This document shows, piece after piece, positions 42,874 to 56,018 of a DNA stretch of 64,000 nucleotides. A program made the position numbers and the translations under genes. Every line of letters begins with the position of its first letter. The stretch's first letter is position 1. The DNA comes from the human T2T-CHM13v2.0 reference genome, Homo sapiens. Below the pieces are notes generated by a model that was not told where the DNA came from, made no database searches, and saw only the letters and a program-made list of their open reading frames with translations. The stretch lies in assembly GCF_009914755.1 (NCBI RefSeq), contig NC_060934.1; one strand, given 5' to 3'.

Positions 42874-43959
42874 ATCAAGGTGGCCAGAGACTGGGCTTCT
42901 GGGTGTCGTGCTGTGACTGCTGCAAAGGGCTCATTGACATATGGTGGGGAGGGCCAGCGTATTTTCTGCGGGCAGGACATTTGGGGGATATGGGGTGTGA
43001 CCCTGTACTATCTAAAATCTTTTACTTCTGGATTATCTCCACTTTCTCTACTGCATATATACTTTGTTTTTATTTATTTTATTCATTTATCTATGACTCA
43101 GCCAGACTCTCTAAAAGAGTTGACTTGTGTTTCCTAGCAGCCACTGAGTCAGAACTTTCCCATTTCGCAGTCAGGGCTGTGGTCAGGGTGTCTGTGTTGT
43201 CTAAGGATATAAAGCAAGCCTTCGGGCACTACCAAAACATTATTTTATAAGGAGAACTATGAGTACCTAATAGGAAGAACCAGGCAATCAGGTTATCTTT
43301 TGGTGAGGAAGAAGTGGTAGATGGGATCATTGGTGCTTTGAAGGGAGTGGGTGGTGTAGACTCCAAAGTGTACATGGGGCCATGATAGAGTCTATGTCAG
43401 ATGTCCAAAGCTTCCTTCTCTCCTCCCAGAAACTCTGTCCTCTGGTGAAGAGTTTTGAAGTTTCCTGAGGTTTGGGTTCATGGTGTGGCAGGTGATACCA
43501 TGGCAATAGAAAATATCCCATCAAGAAGGATTGTGTGACCTCAGTTGTAGCCCCTGCATGTTGGAATCACAACAATTTGCAGGGCCTTAAAATCAAATGC
43601 CATTTCACCAACTGCCCTCCCCCGTTTTTTTCAGCACTGTTTGGTAGCTATCTGTTTCCCCTGATATTCTTGGACACTTCCAGAGATGGGGGCTCTATCT
43701 CCTGGTGGTAGACTGTTTCTTTTTGGTACAATATGAACTCTTAAGAGAGTTCTACCTTTAGGGAGCTGCAGTCTCTCTCCTGGAAATGCTCAACTCCTTA
43801 ATTCATGTTTTGCTGTTAAATTCTGCTAATGCCTCACCTTACATGTCTTGACAATTTGAAGGTAGCTATTGTATTCCCCGCAACCCCAAGTCTTCTCTTC
43901 AAAATGATTATTAATTGTAATTCAAATCATCAGTGACTGGTATCTTAGACTACTTAAGG

Positions 43960-44640
43960 ATGGGAATTGCTAATTTTGTATTTAAAAGTTGTACCTCTAA
44001 AGTAAGTGAAATTTATTTTTAAACGTAGCTTTCTTCATTCATAAAGTTTATGTTCATTGTAGGCAGTTTGGAAAACAGCCCATAATCTCACCACTCGGAG
44101 ATTACATTGTGAATAATTTGGTATATTTCCTTTTAGAAATATACCAAATTATCCTTTTTTCCTCTGAGTGTATGAATATTTATATTTGTTTTTAACATAC
44201 TTGAGCTCATAGTGCTCAGTATTTCCAACGTTCTGTTTATTTAAGATGAAAATTGCTGTAGTTAATAAGCACTTCCCCATGTCATTAAAATGCTTAAGGA
44301 TTTTTAATGACCACATAACAGTCCATAATATGATTAAACCCCAATTTACTGAATCAATGCCATATTGTTGGGTCTTTAGATTGTCTCCTTTTGTTTCTGC
44401 TACTGTGAATGATCCTGTGATGATCATCTTTGTGTGTAAATCTTTGTCCCCTCGCCCCCTCCCCTTTTATTATTTTCTTGGGATAGACCCCAGGACAAAA
44501 GGTAGAAAAGAACAAAGTGTTAAAAAATTTCTTGATACATAGCCACAGATTATTTTCCTGAAAGTTCTCAACATTTATAACTACGAGCAGTATGTAAGAG
44601 AGTTATGGTTGGAATGATTTTAATGTCTCTGGGGAATTTA
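43960..44640 (-). mobile_element. Old L1ME-like fragment
   Basis: AT-rich ...ggaaaaca...cataatctcaccactcggagattacattgtgaataatttggtatatt...; boundaries approximate. Confidence 0.55.
44585..44585 (+). other. rs11196205 site, G allele
   Basis: Flank ctcaacatttataactac[G]agcagtatgtaag recalled; spacing fits. Confidence 0.75.
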
Positions 44641-46439
44641 ACAACAAAAAAACTTTAGGCTTCTTTGGAGAGAGACATGCCCTTAACTCCACCCCGCCCT
44701 AGAACAGAGACCCAGCCCATCCAAGTCAGCCTCCCCAGGTCCTCCACCTTCAAAACAGGCAAACGAAATCATTTCTTGAATAATTGGTAGGCTTCAAGGT
44801 CAGATGTTTATTTTAGATAATTCACAGCATAAATTTATATGTTTTAGGTACCTTAGCCCCTGAATATACTCAGTTCATTTAGGACTATTTTAGAGGTCTT
44901 GAGTTTACTCTTATAACCTCACATTTTTTTGTGAATTTTTAGTTCTATTATCTTTGTTTTCATGGCATATTATTGGGCAAAGATACTATTTATTCGATGC
45001 TATGTGTGAGCTGGGTCAGGATTATGACCCTGAGTTATGTTTCTGGGAAAATGTACCCACTTGTCAAAGATGCCGTTGGCTCCTGTGATTAAGGTCAGCC
45101 CACAATGAATGTGGGGAGGGCTGGCAGCCTCTCAAATCAGCTCTTGACCATTTCTCAAGCTGGGGCCTGTTGTGCTTGGGGGAAGAGTCTTTGGCAGCTC
45201 AGCTCGGGGCTAGCGTTTCCTGACATTTGTTTCGCTGAATGTTAACAAGGTTACTGGAAAAAAGGGTTCTCTCCTAAAATAGGTTTAGGGAAGCACTGGG
45301 ATATGCGAAGTGAATGAGTTTCTTTAGGGCAGGATCTTGACTCTGCAGGGGGCTTGGAGGCCTTCCCTAGAGTGGGGCTTCCTAACACTGCAGAGCTCTT
45401 CCCAGGACGAGGGGCAAGATTGGGACCTACTTTGGAAGGTTGTTTTTGTTTCGGCACCTGCTCTGTTTACGAAGCGTGGGAGCCTGTTTTAAATTAATGT
45501 GCGCCTACTTAGAGCTACACTCATGGTTTTGACTATGTTTATCTTTCCAGTAAATAAAACAAAATTGTTCATTTGGCACCCAGCCTGTCCTGCTTGTCAT
45601 TTCTTGTCTTGCTGATTAACTCTATGGATGGGGCATGTTTCTCCAACCAGATTGTAAGTTTCTTGAAGCCAAGGAGCCCTGTGGTTGATTTCTTCACATG
45701 TGGCTCTCTCTCCTCCCACAATGGTGCTTCGTTAATTAAGCAGAAAACCCATCTCTGGTTAGGGACTGGAGTTGATTTCGTTTGGAATGAGTGTGACTTC
45801 ATCATGACCTGAAAGTGTTCAGAACCATCTTGGTTAGCACAAGGGCGTGGACGTGTGTCTACTTTCTACCTGATGGGATAGCATGTTTAATTTGGGGTTA
45901 TGACACTGAATGGTTTGCCAGTAACTTGCTAATCCAACCTTATACATTCCAGCTCACAGTGGAGCGTGTCTAATTGCCACAGCAGCATTTATGTGGAACG
46001 TGGTTGCACAAAAGCTCCAGAAAGTCAGGCTGAGGGCTCCTATCTCTCCTCAATCTTGGTTTACGATGTCTGTTTCTGAGGAATCCTGGGATGGGGCCAC
46101 TGGCTCTTTAAGAGAGAGCCCGATTTGGAAATCTAGGACTTGATTGTTGATTATGGGCAATAGATACATTTTAAGAATGATGTTGTAGGCTGTATGAAGT
46201 CATTTGATGATTGTTTTGTTAATGGCTTGCAGGTCAGATTTTCATCTTTTTAAATTAATTATCATAGAAGGAGAAAACAACTGGATTTCAGAATTGTCCC
46301 TTGAGGTGTACTGGAAACTAAGGCGTGAGGGACTCATAGGGGTCTGGCTTGGAAAGTGTATTGCTATGTCCAGTTTACACATAAGGATGTGCAAATCCAG
46401 CAGGTTAGCTGAGCTGCCCAGGAATATCCAGGCAAGAAT

Positions 46440-46440
46440 G
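46440..46440 (+). other. rs12255372 site, G (non-risk) allele
   Basis: Flank ggaatatccaggcaagaat[G]accatattctgataattac is the rs12255372 context as I recall it. Confidence 0.88.
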
Positions 46441-46479
46441 ACCATATTCTGATAATTACTCAGGCCTCTGCCTCATCTC

Positions 46480-46900
46480 CGCTGCCCCCCCGCCCCCTGA
46501 CTCTCTTCTGAGTGCCAGATTCAGCCTCCATTTGAATGCCAAATAGACAGGAAATTAGCATGCCCAGAATCCACGTCTTTAGTGCACTCTCTCCCCAGCT
46601 CCAAACCTGTTACTGCTTGTGTTCAACATCTCAGTAAAGCTCAACAACATCGACCCATTACTTAGGCCTCAAACCTTGGGTGGCATCGTCGATTGCTCTT
46701 TTCTTTCATACCCCACATTCAACCCATCAGCCCATCCCACAGGCCCAAGTGTGTCCTCTCTACCTTCAAAGCGTGTGTGGCATCCACCGCTTATCACCAC
46801 CTCTGCCATTACCACTGGAGTCCAGTGCCATCATCTCTCACTTGGATGTGGCCAGAGTGTCTTTGCTGGTCTCCTTCTTGCTTCCTACCTTTGTAACAGC
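46480..46900 (+). mobile_element. L2 fragment
   Basis: caaaccttgggtggcatc...ccccacattcaacccatcagcc...ctctaccttcaaa...atcatctctcacttgga. Confidence 0.7.
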
Positions 46901-48499
46901 CTATCATCTATCTCTGGTCTCCATAGCTCACTCCCATACTTTGAGAGGGCCTTTGAAAGCCTTAGACAGATCATATCACAGACCTCTATACTGAAAGTCG
47001 GGATAAATTTTATCTCTGGAAAGAGTCCCAAAGCAGCGATGAACAGATATTTTGTCCTGTCACTTGATGAAGAGGTGGGGCTTTGAGACCCAAGAGCTTA
47101 GAATGGAGAGCCTAGATGCCACTAAGCCCAGGCACTGGCCATGCTTCGAGTGGAGCTTTTGTGCTGGTGGAGGAGAGATGGCTGGGGGACACCTGTAGGC
47201 TGAGCAAGTCCCCGTTCATCAGACCCTGGCTCATCCAGCAGGGCGTGGCTGATGTTTTCAATGTTGTATCCTGAGTGGGACCCAGATGCTTCCCAACTGT
47301 GCCACATCTGAGCCCTGCATGCCATCTGTCCAGTTGCAGCCTGACTGCAATGTGAGGCTGCTGAAGAGCTCTGGATGGTGTGAAGCAATCTGTTTTCTAG
47401 CCCGAGCCTGCATAGCTGGTGGATCCTGGACCGTGATTAAGTGCATCACCTAGGCTTCAATGAGATGGAGTCACTGTGTGTCCAAACAGTGGGATAAAGG
47501 CTTTACTCTTTGTCTTCCTGCTCTGAGGGCACAAGCTGCTTGTTTCTCTCACAAGGACACCGTCTGTGTTGCTCAGGTGCTGGGGTGAAAAAAACAGCAA
47601 GCATTTGAAAAGGCTGAAGAAGGAAAGAAAGCTGAGAGCGGTACAGCCTTGGGGACTGAGCCATCCCATTGTCCCAGAGGTGGGGGTGTTATCAAGACCT
47701 GTTTTTGAGCCATACCTCTGACTCTTCCTGGAAAGTTAGACCCAACTCAAGAACACACTAAGAGAAGTGTTTCCCCCTAGCCCTTTCAGATTGAAAGGAG
47801 ACGCCAACCTTGATGGGTGGAGGTAGAAAATAAAGTCCCAAAACAGTGTCTTGTAAGCGAAGGGGAACATGGCTGGGCAGAGGGCTTCTGGTGAAACTTT
47901 TGGGAGTATTCAGTTGGAACTCAGGAAAAAAAAATTGTTTTTTTGGAAAGAGGTAGCAGCCCCCTTCAGCCAAAGCTCATAAATGAAGGAATGTCTGAGA
48001 CTCAGAATTACAGTGACCAAGGCAAGACATTGTCAAAGGCTGAATAAGTGAGTTTGACTGACAGAGGCCATCTCCATTTTTAGTATATGGCCAAGCATCT
48101 TTCCCACAGTCTTCCTTGAGCCCCTTCCCATCCCACTTCTGAAAAGCACTGAGTTGGCCATTATTATGCTTTTTTCTTAAATTATGAAGTTGTTTTCAGG
48201 TATTGAGAATAACACCCAGGTGCTGAACTCCCAGCATAAGAAATCAAACATTCAAAATGGAGTAAGGTTCTGAAGCTGACATCTGTCTCTACACATTTTT
48301 TTTTTTCTGATAATGGCATTTCCTATCTCCACCCTCACTCTTTTTGTTGTGGTGAACTACACTTCCCTTGTTCCACTCGGTTCTGTTGCACATGTGATTA
48401 GGCAAGGGGCAGATATGTGATATTTATTATGAGTCTTTTCCACGCAGAGAGGATCTAAATCTGGCTCTTTGCAATTGCCTTCATACATGTGCATACACA

Positions 48500-48500
<1 letters not shown>

Positions 48501-48538
<38 letters not shown>
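48501..48538. repeat. (CA)19 microsatellite
   Basis: Counted directly; degenerate CA flanks. Confidence 0.97.
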
Positions 48539-48543
<5 letters not shown>

Positions 48544-51029
48544 ATACATATGCACACACCCCGACTCAATGGAGGACCCTCATTTGTAGAAGGGTAAAAT
48601 GGGTGAGGCGGAAATGCCTGTATGGCACCATGGAGTTCTGTGTAGCCAGTTCTAATCCTGGGCTATTTGGTAAGGAATGAAGTTGGAGATAGTCTTCTGT
48701 CCCTTACAACCAAAGGAATTCTAACTAATAGTTTGCCAAGTTTTATGTTTATAATAAAAAATGACATGCTTTTTCTTTTGGATTTTTAATGCTTTTGAAT
48801 TAAAAATGCTAGAACATGAACTGATTCTTCTATCGCTATTTAGATAGAGCCTTGCAAGAGCAGAGCACGCATGCTTTCTTTAAGAACAGGTTGGTTTGTG
48901 GTCGTCTGAGGACTGTTTTAAGGAGACTTATTATACACAATCATCCCCCACAAATGATTTCTAAAGAGAGGCTGGTATGAAAGAAGGAGTTTCCATGATT
49001 CTGTCCTGTGGTTCTGGGGAATTCTGAAAATGAACTTTAGATATTTTTGTGAAATTCTTATTTTCATATTTTTGGTATCTCAGAGTTTTCTTTTCTGGCT
49101 TCTGTTTAACATACTCTTCTTTGCCCTAAATCTCTCTTATTTTTGCTCCTTGGGACAACTGAAGAATCCTTAGATAATTAATAGTATGAAATACTGCCCT
49201 TTTAGTTGAAAAATGTCACAATAATGTAATAAGATAAATAAGGAGGTGTCGCTTTAACCTGTATCGTGTAGTCTCCTCTACTTACTAACACTTACTTGTA
49301 TTACTAGAAGCATTATTTTTTAAATCATGGAAAATTGGTGGCAAGCTGAGCATACAGTTGTTTATTTCTGTTTGACTGATTATTACAACTTCATTATTTG
49401 ATGAAGGTTCTGTACGTTTTCCTTTAAGACACATAGAAATTGTGAGAAGATCCTGCAGCCCCGAAAGGCTACAGTGTTGATCCAAGGACTCTGAGCCGAG
49501 TGCAGGGTTTGTACTTGGACCTGCAGGCTGGGTGGCGTCTGTGGGAGCAGTGTGTTGAGAGAGATTCTGAGGCTGTATGTGTCAGGGCCTCCAGGGGAAG
49601 GATGCATTGATGGATTAATTTCTGCCAAGGCTGAAAGAGGAGAGAGTAAGAGGCTGTAGAGGTGTCACAGCTGTCATTGCTGTTTTAGGCAGTCAAGCTT
49701 TTGGGAAAGTGTCAGAAATTGAGCCCCCTACTGGATCTATCGGAGCCCTGTCAAATGTCCATTTAGATGTCCTGGTGAACAAAAGTTCTCTGACTCACCA
49801 TTTAAAAACTTGTTCCAAATGAAATTATGGGAGAAAGGAACATTTTTCATCCGAACCCAGAATGAGGATGTACCCAAGGAAAAGGACGTAGGCTCAGGAG
49901 CTGGACTGTGGCTCAGCTGGCCTGATGTATCCCACTTTGTTCCTCCCATGGCTGGGATGTCTCTTTGCTCTCCATGACCCATGTATCTTGAGGACATGAC
50001 ACATGGACCAAGCTTGAACTGCGGATTCATTTTTATGCATTCTACCTGTGAATGATTGCAGCGGATCTAGTCGTATTTCTGAGAGTTACTCAAACTGGAC
50101 TTCAGCAGTGAACTCTACAGTTCTCTTTTCCTCCCACCTTTCTATTAGACATTGCATGATACAAAAATCAAGATATTTCTAAGAGGGTGATAACTTCAAT
50201 GTTATCTAAACTTTTAATTTGGAAGAAGAGGGGTTCTTTGTTCTTTTTAAAAAGATACAAACGAACTTCTTTATCTGATTCTTTTTTTGGTGCAAACCCA
50301 TGATGCCTTCTTCCTGATTCATCTGCTACACTGTGAGTTCAAGCCTGGCGTGGGACACAGGCACAGCTCTCATGCCAACGATCTCATGGTTAAGTTTTGG
50401 AACATAATTTGAAAAATGTAACCCATTGAGAGGCAGTAAGGACATACGGTGAGCTAGTGCGTGTTTGGACGTCTGTGTGGAATAAGTGAGTGGGTAGAGA
50501 GGACATTTGTCAAGGAGCGGGAGGGCGGGCCATTGGCTTGGGGGAAATGGGCTGAGACTCTAGGGGTGGCCAGCACCGCATACGGAGGCCAGCAGGGTTG
50601 GGCTTGGCTAAGTGCTGTGGTGTCTGGATGCCTATGTGAGTTTCCTCCAGAAGTTTTCAGTTGGCAAAGTAGAACCTGCTGGATATGTAGCAAGGGTGTG
50701 GATTGTCGGGATCCTGCTGGGCGCAGGCGTGTGATACCAGAGGTCAGAACAGAAGCTGAGGGATGAGGCTTTGGGAGCTTTTTGTCATGCACTGTCCTGG
50801 AGCCTCAGTTACTACAAAGTCTGCAAATGATAGACCGGAGCTTTGGTTCTGCCTGATGCTAGCTCCCCTGTTCCTGATTTTTCTTTTCAATATTAGACTT
50901 AATCCCAGAATTCACATGTTGAAAGAAAACTTAGAGGTCTAGTGACATAAAAGCCTCATTTTGATCGTTACAGAACTGATGCCTTGAGAAATGGAGAGAG
51001 AAGTACACGATCATGGTAATACTGGATGT

Positions 51030-51270
51030 TCACTGAGCACTCACTAGCTCCAGGCCTTTTCTAAGTAATTTATGAAGTTGTCAGGTTTAATCCTCACAAC
51101 GCCCTTATGAATGAGCTATTGTTATTATCCCGATTTGGCAGATGAGGAAACTGAGGCTTGAGGGGAGGATGACGTACTCAAGGTCACACAGCTGGGAGGC
51201 GGCAAGCTGGAAGTTGAACCCAAGGAGTCTCACATCGGAGCCAGGACTCTCACCCTTCAGTGTTATGCTG
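51030..51270. mobile_element. MIR (others near 53440-53600, 54930-55110, 62900-63150)
   Basis: tttaatcctcacaac...gcagatgaggaaactgaggct...aaggtcacacagct core. Confidence 0.8.
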
Positions 51271-51849
51271 CCTTAATCAGGCACACATACAGGCGGGGAG
51301 AGGCAGGTTTCCGGACACCAGACTAGGCTGGTGCCGGTCAGGCTACACCAGGGAACCTGGAGGCCTGTCATTCTTTTGTGATGCTGTTAGTTCCTGTTGA
51401 GGAAGTGAGGCTTTGTGGGTTCCCAGGAGGAAAAGGTATGAACTCATGGCAAAAGAAAGGAACCAAAAAAGGGAGATTTGCATCACAATGAGCCTTCTAT
51501 TCATCCCAAATTATACCTCCTTTTATACCATGTGTGTCTGCAAACTTGTGGGTAAATCACAAATCTTTCTGGTAAGTTACAATGGATGGAAGGTTTTTGC
51601 ATTTCTCTCAAATCACCAACCATTTAATGCTATGTGTAGTCACTCCCTAATCTATCTTTTGTATAAATTTGGATCTTTGAGTATTGGGGTTTTCCATGAT
51701 GTTTGGCAGTTCCCCTTAGGGTGTCTATCTCAAAGTTTGTCACACTGACAAGCTTTGGGGAGAGAAGTTAGAGGTGGGCTTCCCTGTTTTTAGTGGCTGT
51801 GTCTGATTGTTCTGTCTGTTCTCCAGGACAGGAGAGATTGATTGCTTTC

Positions 51850-53130
51850 TAGCTTTTTTTAAAATTAAAACAACAACAACAAAAAAATACAGAAAGGTAC
51901 AAAGGATAACAAACACATTCATGTACCTGCCACCTAAAATAACAATTACTAATCTTTTCACCCTCCTAGCCCATGATCTTCCCTCCCAGGCTGTTATTAA
52001 TATGAAAACCGAGTTCAGGTTTTTATACTTTTCGACATCTATTTATATTAACGTATGTATTATAAATAATCTTAGTAGTTTTTAACTTTGACATAAGTGG
52101 CTTCACATTCCACATAACATTCTGCAGCATGTTTTCTTTTATTTTTATTTTTTTCTTTATTTTTAAATTTTTATTTTGCAGCATGCTTTTCTTATTCAAC
52201 ATTACATTTGAATTTTTTCAACATTGTACATTGAAATTTAGCTCATTCTTTTTAACTGCTCTGTAGTATTTATTGTATGCATATACTACAGCTTTCTATT
52301 TCTGTATTGATGGTTAATTAGGTTGCTTACAGTTTTTTAAGATTACAGATTCTGCTGTAATAACCATCCTTTGGGCAAGTGTATGTAGGTACCTATATAT
52401 GAGTTTCTCTAGGATTCATACCAAAGTAGAGGAATTGGTAGGGCATTGGTTTGCTGGTTTTAATTTTAATTCACATGCTATTGTCAAGCTCTCCAGAACA
52501 ACTGGATGAGTTGATTGGATCAATGAGTATTTCCATCACCAGCATATAAACTCTTTCCTCATAATCACACCAATGCTTGATCCTGTTGGACTTAAAATTT
52601 TTGCCAATTTGCTGGGTATGCAACGGCATCTTACCTAATTTGCCTTTATTTGATGACTCCTGAGGTTGAACATCTGGTCATATGTTTATTTTCTCCTCTG
52701 TGGCTTGCCTGGTTTAATGCCTTCTTCATTTTAAAGAATCAGATAGTTTTCTGTTATTGATTTATAGGAACTCTTTATATAAGTTGAAAACTTGATTATA
52801 TGTGTTGGAAATACTTTTTCTAGGCTGTGATGTTTTAAAATATTGCTTTAGATGGGTTTTCATTTTTACCTTTTATTTTAGAGATGGAGTCTCACTGCAT
52901 TGCCCAGGCTGGATTGCAGTGGCTATTCACAGGAAAGAGCATAGTATGTTACAGCCTCCACCTCCTGGTACCAAGAGGTCCTCCTGCCCCAGCCTCCTGA
53001 ATAGGTGGGACCACAGGTGCACATCACTGTGCCTAGCTTTGGATGGGTTTTGAAAGAAAGAAGTTTTAAATTTTAATGCCCTCAAATTCATCTGTATTTT
53101 CCTCTGTGCTTTTATTTTGTACCCACTCTA
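51850..53130 (-). mobile_element. Old L1M fragment(s), interrupted by a FAM
   Basis: AT-rich antisense L1 3' motifs (tagctcattcttttaactgct, tttttgccaatttg, gaggttgaacatct, gaagttttaaattttaatg). Confidence 0.65.
52861..53037 (-). mobile_element. FAM (fossil Alu monomer)
   Basis: Monomer with 7SL-type gcagtggctattcacagg segment; TSD gcttt(a/g)gatgggtttt at 52845-52860 and 53036-53051. Confidence 0.8.
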
Positions 53131-54539
53131 AGTAGCTCCGAATTCTGCAGATAGTTGGTGCAGGAATTCTGATTTTGAGTGGACATCTGCTCTCTAACAG
53201 TCACATTGAAGGAAATTAGGTTTTTTTGGTAGGAATCTAAGCAAGGGGTTGATTTGTAAACTAGGCTTTAAATATGATTTTAAGCAACTCACTTAGAACA
53301 AGATACAAAAATTGTGGACTGGACCTATATCTGGAAAACTTGAAAGTGCTAGGGCAATAAATAATTCTTGGTCACATACAGCCGAGATCCTGGGCTCCTG
53401 ACTCTGGGACAGAAGCTTTCTATATTTTATCTCATCAGTCTTTGCAACAGGCTCCTTGAAGCAATTTTATCCCCATTTTAGAGATAAGAAAACCAGAGCT
53501 TAAAGCAGTTAGATAATTTATGAAGTAAGTGGCAGAGCCAAGATTCAAATCCAGACCTTTCTGACCACAAAGCTCGTTGCTGAATACCGCGCCTCATTGC
53601 CTTCTTGCGAATTACTTGGGATTTGTTTGAATCCCAAAATCTTTATATGTTATTTTAAATTTGAATCTAATTGGAAGTGGGGCAGTGAGGGTAGAGGACA
53701 GAAAGAAGGGGAAGAGCTTGAGACTCAATAATAGAAACAAAAAACCCGTCTCCAGGAGGGCGGTTCAAAAGGAAGAATTCCATATTTCATGTAACTGAAA
53801 CGTTAAAAGCCCAAATAATTGCATCATGCAAGTCTGATGCTGAGTAATCACCCTCCCCCATATTATTGGGGAGAGGGGGCAAGAAGTCTGGGAAGCTGTT
53901 TTTGCCTAAGGAATTACATTCCAGGGGACTCTGAGGATTTAGGTAACCACAAAAGCCATTTATTTCGAGTACACTGAGATTTCTACCACTTTGATCCCTA
54001 ATCCATAGCATAATTAATAAATGAAATGTGCTGTAGCATGGGTTTTTTACAAAGTGTACTTTTAAAATGGCTTTTGGTCTGACATGATTCATTTGCCACT
54101 TGGAAAAGCGTCATCGCCTCAGATGGGCAGGCTGGGAGAGGCTGCCTGGTGGGTAGCTGAGGGCGGTTTCCTGGGGCACAGTTCCTGCCTTGGGCCTCTA
54201 CAGAGCGGTCTCATCCAAACATCTCCCAGACTCTGCGTTTTCCAGGAAGCGTGCAGAAATAGGAGGCCAGTACTGAAATGCTATCTGCTCTGTGTATGTC
54301 AGAAGACCACAAACCACTTATAACAAATGAAGATCTTTTTATTTGTTCTTATCCCTTTATGTCACTTGAGGAAAGTTGCTGTGAGTAGGTGATGATCATT
54401 ACAGTGATCACTGGTTGCCCAAACTGAGAAGCCAGACATTTGGCTTGGTTTCTCTCCCTTCCTCTTGTCTCTCCTACCCTGTAAACACATACTTGGTGAT
54501 TACCCATGGGGAGACAAGACAGGCTGGGAATATATACTT

Positions 54540-54765
54540 CTGCAACTTCAGCCTCCTGGGTTCCAGCGATTCTCCTGCCTCAGTCTCCAGAAGAGCTCGG
54601 ATTACAGGTGTGCACCACCAGGCCCAGCTAACTTTTTGTATTTTTAGTAAAGATGGGGTTTCATCATGTTGGCCAGGCTGGTCTCGAACTCCTGACCTCA
54701 GGTGATCTGCCCTTCTCGGCCTCCCGAAGTGGTGGGATTATAGGCGTGAGTCACCGAGCCTGGCC
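54540..54765 (-). mobile_element. AluS, 3'-truncated
   Basis: ctgcaacttcagcctcc...gagcctggcc; tail end absent. Confidence 0.9.
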
Positions 54766-55989
54766 CCAGGCAATAATATACCAGTGGGCAAGAAAATATT
54801 CTTGCTCTCATGGGACTTCTGTTGGGGGTCAGGGTATAGGGAGGAAGGCATAGAGATGAAAACCAGTAAATAAGTAACAGGGGAAAACATTTTAAATACA
54901 TTAATAACTAATAAAATAGAAATAAATCTGTTGGCTACTTAACAGGATGTGCCACATTCCAGATACATTACGTTAATCCTTATGATCTTTGGGGGCTAAG
55001 TATTAGTATTCCATTTTACGGATGAAGAGACTGAGGCTCAGAGGGAAGGGAGGTGGCTTTTCTCAGGTGGAAAGCCAGACCTTTTCAGTGGTCATTCAGT
55101 TCATAGCTAAGGTCTTATTTTCTGTGCTCTCTGTCGGCTGAAAATGGGCAAGGTAATTTCACATAGTGACAGGAGCCATGTCAGAGAAAGAGCAGGACAG
55201 TGGGACAGAGAGGGACCAGGCTGGGGGCTGTTTGAGATGGAGGGTCAGGAAGAACCAAACTAAGATGTGAACAGTGGGAGGTGTTGGAGCTGTGGTGCTT
55301 GCCTAGAAGGACCCTCATCGAGCAAATAGAAGCTTCTGGCAGGAAGAAGTTAATGTCTTGCGTGTGCCCTATGTAGGTTCATTAGGGCCTTTAAAGGGGG
55401 AAGAAGGTGGTGGCTATAAATGTTACAATCTTACCTTTGGCCCCTAGGGATTCTGTCTTTCAACCTTGGTTCAGTAACAACTTGTGACTGCCCAACAGGG
55501 CTTCCTTTCGGGAGAGAATGGCTTGTTACATTCAAATATGCCATGAAAGTATCACCATTTATTTCAGTGTCTGATGCCCCAGCTTGGGCAGCCTGAGCAG
55601 GCTCTGAATGGGTCTGAAGAGGCCCTTTAGAGTAGAGATGAAGAGGGGGTGGGGAATCCTCAATTCTAAACAAAGAGTCTGCAATGGGAAGATGGCCAAA
55701 TGCTGTTTTTGGAGTGGGTGAGAGGGAAAAGAAAGGTATAGATGGTTCGTTGGAAAATGTGGTTTTATACCGGGTTTTGGTGTCAGGTCCCCGAGGGCAA
55801 CATGGACTCCACACTGTGATCCTCCGGGCAGCTCATAGCCCCAGCCCCTTCCTTTTGCTTCCTGGTCAGTTTGTGAGAAGGAGGGGTTGTGTCTCCAATC
55901 TGAGCAATAAGGGGTCTGAGGGGGGTTGGATCCATGTGGCTTTCCTGTGTCTTGTTCCTTGTAAAAGTTCCAGGTTTTGGGTCGTGAGC

Positions 55990-56018
55990 TGTGTGTGTGT
56001 GTGTGCGTGTGTGTGCGC
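55990..56018. repeat. Interrupted (TG)n
   Basis: tgtgtgtgtgtgtgtgcgtgtgtgtgcgc. Confidence 0.9.

Noticed and set aside
42552-43250. Longest ORF (232 aa) and overlapping ORFs
   Set aside because: No recognisable domain; it runs across MIR/L2 remnants in a GC-rich patch where several frames are open by chance.
50019-50061. Small hairpin ctgcggattcat...gtgaatgattgcag
   Set aside because: Too short and G-U dependent for a pre-miRNA; expected by chance.
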